From: Candidatus Latescibacterota bacterium
GTDB lineage: Bacteria; Latescibacterota; UBA2968; UBA8231
NCBI GenBank assembly: GCA_965261395.1
Contig: OZ253462.1
Location: 4,352,001-4,416,000, forward strand
DNA: 64,000 bases
Direction: 5' to 3'
Part shown: positions 37,673-46,748 of the stretch, piece by piece
Layout of the letters: each line of letters starts with the position of its first letter
Numbering within the stretch: the stretch's first letter is position 1
Made by a program: the position numbers and the translations under genes
The notes under the pieces: model-generated
What the model saw: only the letters and a program-made list of their open reading frames with translations
What the model was told of the DNA's origin: nothing
Database searches by the model: none

Positions 37673-39661
37673 ATGTTCGCTCGTTACCTCGCGCTCGCCG
37701 TGGTGCTCGTTGCCCTTTGCTCCACCGCCTACTCCGACCCGCAAGCGACCCGCGACGACATCGAAATCCGCCGCGTCCTCAACGTCCCCCAAGGCACGAT
37801 GCGCATCGCTAAAGATCCGCGTAACGATGTGCTCTACACCTTGCGGCAAAACGGCGCGATTGATCGCATCGACCTAGCGGCAGCCGAACACGCGCCCGCA
37901 TACTCCAGAGACGATCACGGCATCCGCAGCGGCTTCACGGGCTTTGCCATTGGGCCGGACGGTTCGTTTTACCTTGCGTCTAATCGCCGAGGCTCCCGCG
38001 ACAGCGGACAATTTGCCCTCGCGCGCGGGATTTTGCTCGACGCCGACACGGGCGAGCGGCAATGGGAACAACTCGACCCGGACAACCTACCGGTCGATGT
38101 TCCCATCGACGATATCCTCGCCGCCACCAGCCTCGGCCGCGATCCCACGACCGATATACGCTACGCCCTCAAGACCAACGGCAACATCACCCTCGTACCG
38201 TCGGGCACGGTGTACACAGCCGCCGACCACGGCTTCAGCCGCCCGAGCGCCCTGTTTATCGACGCCGACGGTACCTTTTACGTCCTCAAACGCATCGACC
38301 TATCCGGCTACAACATCGCCACCATCACCAAGGGCGAAGTCGATCCAAGCAGCAGCGAGCGCACTTGGTTCACCCTCGCGGAGACCGCGCCCTATGAGCG
38401 CTGCGACTGCATCTTCAACCACGAAGTCAACGGGCTAGTCGTCAGCCCCGACAACCGCTCGCTCTTTATCAACAGCGGCTCGCGCACCGATCACGGCGAA
38501 GTGCAAGACGGCAACAGGGCCTTTCCCGACCTGCGCGAAACCGCGCTCACCTCCGTAGTCTTGCGCGTCCCGACCGATGCCCGCGATCTCGTGCTACCCA
38601 ACGACCGCGACGCCCTCCGCACCCAAGGCTTCCTCTTTGCCGAGGGCCTGCGGAATTCTTACGACCTCGCCTTCGCCCCCAGCGGCGACCTCTTCGCCGC
38701 AGAAAATGGGCCAGACCGCGACATGGCCGAGGAACTCAACTGGCTGCGCGAAGGGCATCACTACGGCTTCCCTTGGCGCATGGGCCTCGAAGACACCCCG
38801 CAGCAATTTCCCGATTACGACCCGGCCAGCGACTTCCTCCTCCCAGCTAGGTTCACAGCCGTACGCGAAGGTTACTACCACAACGATCCCACGTATCCGC
38901 CACCGCCGCGCGACTTCACCGACCCAGTGATCAATCTCGGACCGGATGCCGACGCCTACCGCGATCCAGCCGACGGCCAAATCAAGGACGCTAGTGAAGA
39001 AGGCGTGCGCTTCGCCACCTTCACCGCGCACCGCTCTCCCTTGGGGCTGGTGTTCGACGCGGACAATGCCCTCGACGAGCCATTCCAAGGCGACGGCTTC
39101 GTGCTTAGCTGGACCGAAGGCGATCCCGACGGCGACGACATCGCCGGCCCGTTCAACGACCCCAGCCAAGACCTGCTGCACCTCGATTTGGCGAAACTCG
39201 GCGACAACTACGAGGCGCACGTCACCCGCATCGTCGGTGGGTTTTCCAACCCCATTGACGCGGAAATCATTGGCAATCGCATTTACGTCATCGAGTGGGG
39301 CGGCGGACGCGGGCTGTGGGAAATCGTCTTGCCACAGGCTGCAACCGAGACGGCTGTTGCCGAGGCCGAAGGCGTTGTGCCCGCAGAGTTTGCGCTGGTG
39401 CAAAACTTTCCCAACCCCTTTAACGCAAGCACCACCATTGCCTTCCAACTCGCTTTCGCCTCCCAAGTCGAATTGGCCGTTTACAACATCAGCGGACAGC
39501 GCGTGCGCACCCTCGTCAGCGATTCCCTGCCCGCCGGCCACCACCGTCTGCAATGGGACGGTCGCAACGACCGCGGTGAGCCAGCGGCCAGCGGCGCGTA
39601 TCTATACCAACTATCGGCCGGCGATTTTGTCGCCACCCGGCAGCTTATGCTACTCAAGTGA
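37673..39661 (+). CDS. Secreted PQQ-dependent sugar dehydrogenase-like beta-propeller with T9SS type A/FlgD-like CTD
   Basis: Signal peptide; GLRNSYDLAF, ENGPD, ELNWLREGHHYGFP, HRSPLG; CTD QNFPNPFN...YNISGQRVRTL...WDGRND.G...SGAYLYQL. Confidence 0.8.
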   Translation: MFARYLALAVVLVALCSTAYSDPQATRDDIEIRRVLNVPQGTMRIAKDPRNDVLYTLRQNGAIDRIDLAAAEHAPAYSRDDHGIRSGFTGFAIGPDGSFYLASNRRGSRDSGQFALARGILLDADTGERQWEQLDPDNLPVDVPIDDILAATSLGRDPTTDIRYALKTNGNITLVPSGTVYTAADHGFSRPSALFIDADGTFYVLKRIDLSGYNIATITKGEVDPSSSERTWFTLAETAPYERCDCIFNHEVNGLVVSPDNRSLFINSGSRTDHGEVQDGNRAFPDLRETALTSVVLRVPTDARDLVLPNDRDALRTQGFLFAEGLRNSYDLAFAPSGDLFAAENGPDRDMAEELNWLREGHHYGFPWRMGLEDTPQQFPDYDPASDFLLPARFTAVREGYYHNDPTYPPPPRDFTDPVINLGPDADAYRDPADGQIKDASEEGVRFATFTAHRSPLGLVFDADNALDEPFQGDGFVLSWTEGDPDGDDIAGPFNDPSQDLLHLDLAKLGDNYEAHVTRIVGGFSNPIDAEIIGNRIYVIEWGGGRGLWEIVLPQAATETAVAEAEGVVPAEFALVQNFPNPFNASTTIAFQLAFASQVELAVYNISGQRVRTLVSDSLPAGHHRLQWDGRNDRGEPAASGAYLYQLSAGDFVATRQLMLLK

Positions 39662-39679
39662 GCATCGCTAAGGAACCCC

Positions 39680-42595
39680 ATGCTGGTCCGTTGCCTCTCG
39701 CTTGTCGCACTCGCCGCCCTTTGCTCCACCACCTACGCCGATCCGCAAGCGACCCGCGACGACATTGAAATCCGCCGCATCCTCAGCGTCTCCCAAGGCA
39801 CGATCTGCATCGCCAAAGACCCGCGCAACGACTCGCTTTACATCTTGCGGCAAGACGGCGCGATCGAGCGCATCGACCTAGCGGCAGCAGAGCGAGTCCC
39901 AGCGTATTTCCCCAGCGATCACGGCATCAGCAGCGGCTTCACGGGCTTTGCCATTGGGCCGGATGGCTCGTTCTACTTGGCATCCAATCGCCACGGCCCC
40001 CGTGACAGCGGCCAGTTTGCCCTCGCCCGTGGGGTTTTGCTCGACGCCGACACCGGCGAGCGGCAATGGGAACAACTCGACCCGAACAACCTGCCCGCCG
40101 ATGTTCCCATCGACGACATCCTCGCTGCCTCCATCTTTGGCCGCGATCCCACGACCGATACCCGCTATGCGCTCAAGACCAACGGCGACATTCTCCTCGT
40201 GCCGTCGGGCACGGCGTACACAGCCGCCGATCACGGCTTTAACCGCCCGAACGCCCTCTTTATCGACGCCGAAGGTACCTTTTACGTCCTCAAACGCATC
40301 GACCTGTCCCTCTACAACATCGCCACCATCACCAAGGGCGAGGTCGATCCGAGCAGTGGCGAGCGCAGCTGGTTCACTCTCGCGGAGACCGCACCCTATG
40401 AGCGGTGCGACTGCATTTACAACCACGAAGTCAACGGACTAGTCGTCAGCCCCGACAACCGCACCCTCTTTATTAACAGCGGTTCGCGCACCGATCACGG
40501 CGAAATCCAAGACGGCGATGGACACTTCCCCGGTCTGCGCGAAACCGCGCTCACAGCCATAATTTTGCGCATCCCGACCAATGCTCGCGACCTCGTGCTG
40601 CCCAACAGCCGCTATGCCCTGCTCGACCAAGGATTCCTCTTTGCCGAGGGCCTGCGCAACGCCTACGACCTCGCCTTCGCGCCCAACGGCGATCTCTTCG
40701 CTGCGGAAAACGGACCGGGCCGCGACATGCCCGATGAACTCAACTGGCTGCGCCAAGGGCATCACTACGGCTTTCCCTGGCGCATGGGCCTCGACGACAC
40801 GCCGCAGCAATTTCCCGACTACGACCCAGCCACCGACTTCCTGCTCTCCCCCCGCTCCACGGCCGTGCGCGAAGGCTACTATCACAACGACCCCACGTAT
40901 CCGCCGCCACCGCGCCGCTTCACCGACCCGGTGATTAATCTCGGGCCAGATGCCGACGCCTACCGCGACCCAGCCGACGGCCAAATCAAGGATGCCAGCG
41001 AGGAGGGTGTGCGCTTCGGTACCTTCTCCGCGCACCGCTCGCCGCTCGGATTGGTGTTTGACGTGGCCCATGCCCTCGCCGAGCCGTTCCAAGGCGATGG
41101 CTTCACGCTCAGTTGGACTCGGGGCGACCCCGATGGCGACAGCATCAACGGCCCGTTCAACGACCCCAGCCAAGACCTGCTGCATCTCGACTTGGCAAAA
41201 GTCGGCGACAACTACGAGGCGTACGTCACCCGCATCGTCGGCGGGTTTTCCAACCCCATCGACGCGGAAATCATCGGCAATCGCCTCTATGTGATCGAAT
41301 GGAGCGGCGAGCGCGGGCTGTGGGAAATCGTCCTGCCACCGGCGGAGTTCCCACCCGCGAGCTTGGCCGACGCGCAGGTTTTCAGCGACCTAGGCGCGCA
41401 AACGCCCGCGGCTGGCGTGGTGCCGTACGAAGTCAATGCGCCGTTTTGGTCGGACGGAGCCACAAAAACGCGGTTCATTCGCCTGCCGCCCGGCGAGCGC
41501 ATTGCTTTTACCAGTAGTGGGCCTTGGAGCTTTCCCGACCAGGCCCTCCTGATCAAGAACTTTTACCTCGACTTGGTACGCGGCGATCCAGCCAGCCGGC
41601 GCATCATCGAAACGCGCTTCCTCATCAAGCGCGTGGATGCCCCGGGCTGGGACGGTTATAGTTATCTGTGGAACGAAGCTGGCACCGATGCCTCATTACT
41701 CGCCGACAGCACAACGGTTACATACGTGATTGACGACCCGCAAGATCCGGTGGGCTTTCTCTTGCAGGATTACTACTTCCCCTCGCGCCAAGACTGTGAG
41801 GTCTGCCACACCAGGGGCGCGGGCTATGTCCTCGGCGTACACACAGCTCAGCTCCACGCGGGCACGGAGCAAAACCAGTTGCATATCCTCGCTCAACAGG
41901 GCCTTTTCGCCGAGGAGTTACCAGCCGACCTGTCTTCCTTGCCCCGCCTACCCAACCCCTTCGACCCCAGCGTCTCGCTCGACCTGCGCGCCCGCTCGTA
42001 CTTGCATGTCAACTGCGCGCCGTGCCACCGGCCCGAGAGCGTCGGCCGCACCATCATCGACCTGCGCTACGACACGCCTTTGGCCGAAACCAATACTGTC
42101 GGGGCCTTCCCTACCCTCGGCGATTTGGGCGAGCTAGAGGCCCTCATCATCACCCCCGGGGCACCGCAGCATTCGACGCTCTACCTGCGGATGCTGACGC
42201 TGGGCACCTTTCGCATGCCCCCGCTTGCTTCCTCAATCATCGACGAGCGCGGGGCCGACCTCATCGCGGAATGGGTCGCCAGCCTAGACCTCGCCGTTGC
42301 CAAAGAGACCACACCGGCCACCTTTGCCCTCATCCAGAACTACCCCAATCCCTTCAACGCGACCACGACCATCGAATTCCAGCTAGCGATCCCGACCGCC
42401 GTCGAATTGGATATCTACGACGCGATCGGCCAAAAGGTTCGCACCTTGGTCGCCCGCTATCTCACCGCCGGACACTACCGCACCCAGTGGACCGGGCGCG
42501 ATGACGCAGGACACACGGTCGCCAGCGGCACCTATTTCTACAAATTGCGCGCCGGGGCCCACCTAGAGATCAAGCAACTGACCCTACTCAAATAA
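39680..42595 (+). CDS. Paralog of 37673 with inserted diheme cytochrome c domain and CTD
   Basis: Same propeller; insert YEVNAPFWSDGATKTR...CEVCH...RARSYLHVNCAPCH...RMPP; CTD QNYPNPFN. Confidence 0.82.
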   Translation: MLVRCLSLVALAALCSTTYADPQATRDDIEIRRILSVSQGTICIAKDPRNDSLYILRQDGAIERIDLAAAERVPAYFPSDHGISSGFTGFAIGPDGSFYLASNRHGPRDSGQFALARGVLLDADTGERQWEQLDPNNLPADVPIDDILAASIFGRDPTTDTRYALKTNGDILLVPSGTAYTAADHGFNRPNALFIDAEGTFYVLKRIDLSLYNIATITKGEVDPSSGERSWFTLAETAPYERCDCIYNHEVNGLVVSPDNRTLFINSGSRTDHGEIQDGDGHFPGLRETALTAIILRIPTNARDLVLPNSRYALLDQGFLFAEGLRNAYDLAFAPNGDLFAAENGPGRDMPDELNWLRQGHHYGFPWRMGLDDTPQQFPDYDPATDFLLSPRSTAVREGYYHNDPTYPPPPRRFTDPVINLGPDADAYRDPADGQIKDASEEGVRFGTFSAHRSPLGLVFDVAHALAEPFQGDGFTLSWTRGDPDGDSINGPFNDPSQDLLHLDLAKVGDNYEAYVTRIVGGFSNPIDAEIIGNRLYVIEWSGERGLWEIVLPPAEFPPASLADAQVFSDLGAQTPAAGVVPYEVNAPFWSDGATKTRFIRLPPGERIAFTSSGPWSFPDQALLIKNFYLDLVRGDPASRRIIETRFLIKRVDAPGWDGYSYLWNEAGTDASLLADSTTVTYVIDDPQDPVGFLLQDYYFPSRQDCEVCHTRGAGYVLGVHTAQLHAGTEQNQLHILAQQGLFAEELPADLSSLPRLPNPFDPSVSLDLRARSYLHVNCAPCHRPESVGRTIIDLRYDTPLAETNTVGAFPTLGDLGELEALIITPGAPQHSTLYLRMLTLGTFRMPPLASSIIDERGADLIAEWVASLDLAVAKETTPATFALIQNYPNPFNATTTIEFQLAIPTAVELDIYDAIGQKVRTLVARYLTAGHYRTQWTGRDDAGHTVASGTYFYKLRAGAHLEIKQLTLLK

Positions 42596-42677
42596 AAAGA
42601 CGCTGGGGAATTTGCTACCTAACGTTGTCTAACCCCCCTATCTTCTGACAATCAGTCAACGCCCAATTCATCAGGCT

Positions 42678-44852
42678 ATGAACCCCTGCGCCATCGTCCT
42701 CTTGGTCCTCGCTTTAGCAAGTTGCGCTGCCGATCCCTACCAGACGCCCGGCACCCAGCGCATGGCCGAGCAACTCGCTGCCCTCGCCGCCCACGCTAAC
42801 GCCGAGGACAATATCTATTTGAGCCAGCACCGCGTTGAGTGGCTGCGCCGCCAACCTGCGCCAGACGATCCTGTGCAACAGCTCAGCCGACAGGTCGAGA
42901 TCGCCAAAGAACTGTTGCGCGCTGGCGCATCCGCTGAGGCGGCCGCCCTCTTCGAGCAAGTGCGCGGACAAGCTGCGGCCCACCGCTTCCGCACTCGCCC
43001 GAGCCTCGAAGAAATGATCGCCCTCGCCTATTTGCGGCTCGGCGAGCAGCAAAACTGCATCGACGGTCACAACCTCGCTTCCTGCCTACTGCCGATCTCG
43101 GCTGAAGGAATTCATAAGACGCAAGACGGATCGCGTGCGGCCATCGCCTATTACCAAGCAATCTTAAAAAAGACGCCCTACGACCTGACCTCGCGCTGGC
43201 TGCTCAACATCGCCTATATGACCGTGGGAGAGTATCCGCACCAAGTGCCCGACGCCCATCTCATTCCCCCGGAGGCCTTCGCCGCTGAAGCCGCTATTGG
43301 CCACTTCCCCGACCAGGCCCCTGCTCTGGGGCTGGATGTCCTCGGCTTGGCCGGGGGCGGCATTATGGAAGACTTTGACAACGACGGCTTCCTCGACATC
43401 ATCGCCACTTCGTGGGGCCTCGACGATCCACTGCGCTACTTTCGCAACCAAGGCGACGGAACCTTTGCCGAGCGCACCGCCGCCGCAGGCTTGACCGGCC
43501 TAGTCGGCGGCCTCAACGCCGTGCAGACGGACTTTGACAACGACGGCTTCGCCGATGTGCTGGTCCTGCGCGGCGGCTGGTTTGGCGCCGACGGCCTCCA
43601 TCCCAACTCGCTGTTGCGCAATCAAGGCGACGGTACCTTCGCCGACGTAACCGAGGCGGCTGGACTGCTCACTTTGCACCCAACGCAGACGGCTGCCTGG
43701 GCCGACTTCGACAACGACGGCTGGCTCGACCTGTTCGTGGGCAACGAGTCCTCCACCCAAGAGCAGCATCCCTGCGAGTTGTTCCGCAACCAAGGCGACG
43801 GCACCTTCGCCGACGTAGCATCGGCAGTCGGCCTAGACGTAGTGGGCTTCGTCAAAGGAGTAGCTTGGGGCGACATCGACAACGACCGTCTGCCCGACCT
43901 CTACATCTCCCGCCTCGGGCAGCCCAACCTGCTCTTCCACAACGACGGTCCAGACGCCAATGACCGCTGGCGTTTCTCCGACATAACCGCCCGTGCTGGC
44001 GCGAGCCAACCGACGTTCAGCTTCCCGGTGTGGTTTTGGGACTACGACAACGACGGCTGGCTCGACCTGTTCGTCTCTGGCTACAAGGCCGACGCCGGCG
44101 ATGTCGCCGCCGATTATCTAGGGTTGCCGCACAAGGGCGAGCCGCCCCGCCTCTACCGCAACCAAGGCGACGGCACCTTCGCCGACATGGCGCAACAGAC
44201 CCGCAGTGACAAAGTCCTCTATACGATGGGCTGCAACTTCGGCGACCTCGACAACGACGGCTGGCTCGATTTCTACGCTGGCACCGGCGACCCCGACTAC
44301 CGTTCGCTGATGCCCAACCGCATGTTCCGCAACGCCGCAGGGCAGCGCTTCGAGGATGTAACCACTTCCGGCGGCTTCGGGCACCTGCAAAAAGGGCATG
44401 GCATCGCCTTCGGCGATATCGACAACGACGGCGATCAGGACATCTACGCGGTGGTCGGCGGGGCCTATTCGGGGGACGTGTACACCAATGTGCTCTTTGA
44501 AAACCCCGGGCACGGCAACCATTGGATCACCCTCAAACTGGAGGGGACTAAATCCAATCGGGCCGGGATCGGCGCGCGGATCCAAGCCCGTGCTGGGACT
44601 CAGACGATCCACATCCTCGCCGGCACGGGCGCGAGTTTTGGGGCTTCGACTTTACAACAGGAGATCGGGCTGGGGGAAGCTGAAGTACTCGACACGCTGA
44701 CCTTGCACTGGCCGTCGGGCGCGGTGCAAACCTTTACAGACGTGCCAGCCGATGGGATGTACCGGGTCCGCGAAGATGCCACGGCCCTAGAGCGCCTGGA
44801 CGTCTATCCCCTCACGTTAGCCAGCGAGGGCCAGCAAGCACATCGCCACTAG
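42678..44852 (+). CDS. CRTAC1-family lipoprotein (FG-GAP repeats plus ASPIC/UnbV)
   Basis: Lipobox LASC; repeated DFDNDGxLD and RNQGDGTFAD; SNRAGIGARI, IGLG, HWPSG. Confidence 0.9.
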   Translation: MNPCAIVLLVLALASCAADPYQTPGTQRMAEQLAALAAHANAEDNIYLSQHRVEWLRRQPAPDDPVQQLSRQVEIAKELLRAGASAEAAALFEQVRGQAAAHRFRTRPSLEEMIALAYLRLGEQQNCIDGHNLASCLLPISAEGIHKTQDGSRAAIAYYQAILKKTPYDLTSRWLLNIAYMTVGEYPHQVPDAHLIPPEAFAAEAAIGHFPDQAPALGLDVLGLAGGGIMEDFDNDGFLDIIATSWGLDDPLRYFRNQGDGTFAERTAAAGLTGLVGGLNAVQTDFDNDGFADVLVLRGGWFGADGLHPNSLLRNQGDGTFADVTEAAGLLTLHPTQTAAWADFDNDGWLDLFVGNESSTQEQHPCELFRNQGDGTFADVASAVGLDVVGFVKGVAWGDIDNDRLPDLYISRLGQPNLLFHNDGPDANDRWRFSDITARAGASQPTFSFPVWFWDYDNDGWLDLFVSGYKADAGDVAADYLGLPHKGEPPRLYRNQGDGTFADMAQQTRSDKVLYTMGCNFGDLDNDGWLDFYAGTGDPDYRSLMPNRMFRNAAGQRFEDVTTSGGFGHLQKGHGIAFGDIDNDGDQDIYAVVGGAYSGDVYTNVLFENPGHGNHWITLKLEGTKSNRAGIGARIQARAGTQTIHILAGTGASFGASTLQQEIGLGEAEVLDTLTLHWPSGAVQTFTDVPADGMYRVREDATALERLDVYPLTLASEGQQAHRH

Positions 44853-44865
44853 CGTGGGGGCGGCT

Positions 44866-46740
44866 CTACATCCGGGCCAACAGCCGCGCTGCCGTGGCGT
44901 GGTTCGGCTCCACTGCCAAGAGCTGCTGCAACGCCTGTCGTGCCTCGGCGATGTGGCCCAACCGCTGGTAGGAAAGCGCCATGCTCAAATAGGCTTTGAC
45001 GTGGCGTGGCTCTAAAGAGAGCGCCGAGGCAAACGCGGCGACCGCCCGCTCGTTCTCTCCGGCCTTCTGCAAGGCCAACCCCAAGTTGAAATGATGCGAG
45101 GCGTCGGCCCGGTTGAGCGCGATGGCCTTTTCGTAGGCGGAGAGCGCCTGCGGCAAGTTTCCCATCTGCAAATAGGCCGTGCCGAGGTTGTTGTACGCCG
45201 GGGCGTAGTCGAACTCGTCAAGGGCCTCGCGGAAGCGCTCTTCGGCCCTAGCGAACTCGCCCCGCTGCAAAAAGACCAAGCCCTGCGCGTTGAGCGCTTC
45301 GACGTAGCGCGGTTTGCGGTCTATCGCCTGCTGGTAGTGGGTATGCGCCTTGTCGAGCACGCCCTGCCGAGCGTAGAGTAGGCCGAGGTTCTTGTGCGCC
45401 TCATAAGCCCCCGCGTCCAGCTCTATCGCCCGCCGATACTCGCCGGCGGCCTTTTCCCAATCGCCCTCCCGCGCGTACAAGACGCCGAGGTTGTTGTGGG
45501 CACCGGCCAAGTCCGGGAACAATTCGACCATCTTCTCCCGCGCCTCGGCCTCGTCGGCCGTCCAGTAAAACTGGAAAAACGAGAACGCCATCACCGGCAC
45601 CGCGAAATAGGCCACCTGCCTGCCGGTCTCGCGGACGTACGAGGCCAAGCCGCTCGGCAAGGCCTGCAAGCCAATGCGGTTGGACCCTTCCTCGGCGTTG
45701 ATCCCCAGATTGGCTTGGTTTTTGCGGTCGCGGATTTTCCAGATAAACCCATCGAAGTAGTAGTGCAAAAGCGTCGAGGTGATGACGAATATCTCGACGC
45801 TTTTGATCGCCTGCTCGGACTTGAGAAAGCCCTCCATCATATTGATGCTGCCGTAGGCAAAGCAGACTAGCAGGTACGCGACCAGTATCGGCAACGTGCG
45901 CGTGGTGAAGAAGGTGCGCAGGAGCTTGGTAGTCCGCTCCTGTCTTTTGACGAGGTTGTTGTTGTAGATCCAGACGATGGCGAAGTACTGGATATCGTGG
46001 AAAACGGCAAAGGCCGCGTAGCCGATGACGAGGTCGTTGATATGTATCCAGCCATAGTAGATGATAAACACCGTCGTCGCCATCACCGCGACTTTAGGCA
46101 GGCTTATCTTCTGACCGGAGACCGCCCGTTGGACGATGTTGGCCAAGTACGCCGCGAGCACGGCCATCGTACAATAGAACAGCACCTTTTTGAGCAGGAA
46201 CGTCAATTCGGCCGACAGGAAGGGCACGCCGACCCGCTGATTGTGGTCGAGGATGCGGTGGAAGTACTCGGGGCTATAGATGACCACCGTTACAAAGGCG
46301 CATAAGGTCAACAGCCAGTCGAGCCGAGAGTTGAGCTTGGAGAAAATCTTGTTTTTGGCATCGTAGATCCGCATGATGCCGTAGTGCTGCATAAAGAGGT
46401 GCCAGATCTCCCACACTAGCACCATCAGGAAAAGCCCGTGCAGGGTATTGAATTGCGCCAACGCGGTCACAAACAGCACCACGATGGGAGCGACGACGAA
46501 CTTCTCCTTAAAGGTGCTGAAGAGTTCTGGGTCGCCGTATGCACGCATAAAGCCCGGCAGGTGGTGGCCGGTGGCAAACAGCGCCAGCGCGTAGAAGGCA
46601 ATGGTCTGCGAGTCGAACATAGCCCGCAGTGGCAGCATGGTCACCAAGCACAAAAGCGGCGTACCAATAAAAAAGAACAGGTCGCCAAAGGGCGAGATGA
46701 TCCACTTCTGATCGCGATACACGGCTGGGGCAACAGTCAT
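44866..46740 (-). CDS. His-rich polytopic membrane protein fused to C-terminal TPR repeats
   Basis: About 10 TM with GHH, WHLFMQHYG, FHDIQY, LHYYFDGFIWK; then AHNNLGVLY-type TPRs. Confidence 0.8.
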   Translation of the reverse strand: MTVAPAVYRDQKWIISPFGDLFFFIGTPLLCLVTMLPLRAMFDSQTIAFYALALFATGHHLPGFMRAYGDPELFSTFKEKFVVAPIVVLFVTALAQFNTLHGLFLMVLVWEIWHLFMQHYGIMRIYDAKNKIFSKLNSRLDWLLTLCAFVTVVIYSPEYFHRILDHNQRVGVPFLSAELTFLLKKVLFYCTMAVLAAYLANIVQRAVSGQKISLPKVAVMATTVFIIYYGWIHINDLVIGYAAFAVFHDIQYFAIVWIYNNNLVKRQERTTKLLRTFFTTRTLPILVAYLLVCFAYGSINMMEGFLKSEQAIKSVEIFVITSTLLHYYFDGFIWKIRDRKNQANLGINAEEGSNRIGLQALPSGLASYVRETGRQVAYFAVPVMAFSFFQFYWTADEAEAREKMVELFPDLAGAHNNLGVLYAREGDWEKAAGEYRRAIELDAGAYEAHKNLGLLYARQGVLDKAHTHYQQAIDRKPRYVEALNAQGLVFLQRGEFARAEERFREALDEFDYAPAYNNLGTAYLQMGNLPQALSAYEKAIALNRADASHHFNLGLALQKAGENERAVAAFASALSLEPRHVKAYLSMALSYQRLGHIAEARQALQQLLAVEPNHATAARLLARM

Positions 46741-46748
46741 AGCATTCC

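Noticed and set aside
33497-42595. Diversity-generating retroelement explanation for the near-duplicate segments
   Set aside because: No reverse transcriptase in the window, and differences between copies are not adenine-specific by eye.
42678-44852. Recurrent DNA repeats such as GACAACGACGGCTGGCTCGA and CGCAACCAAGGCGACGG
   Set aside because: Fully explained by FG-GAP protein repeats.
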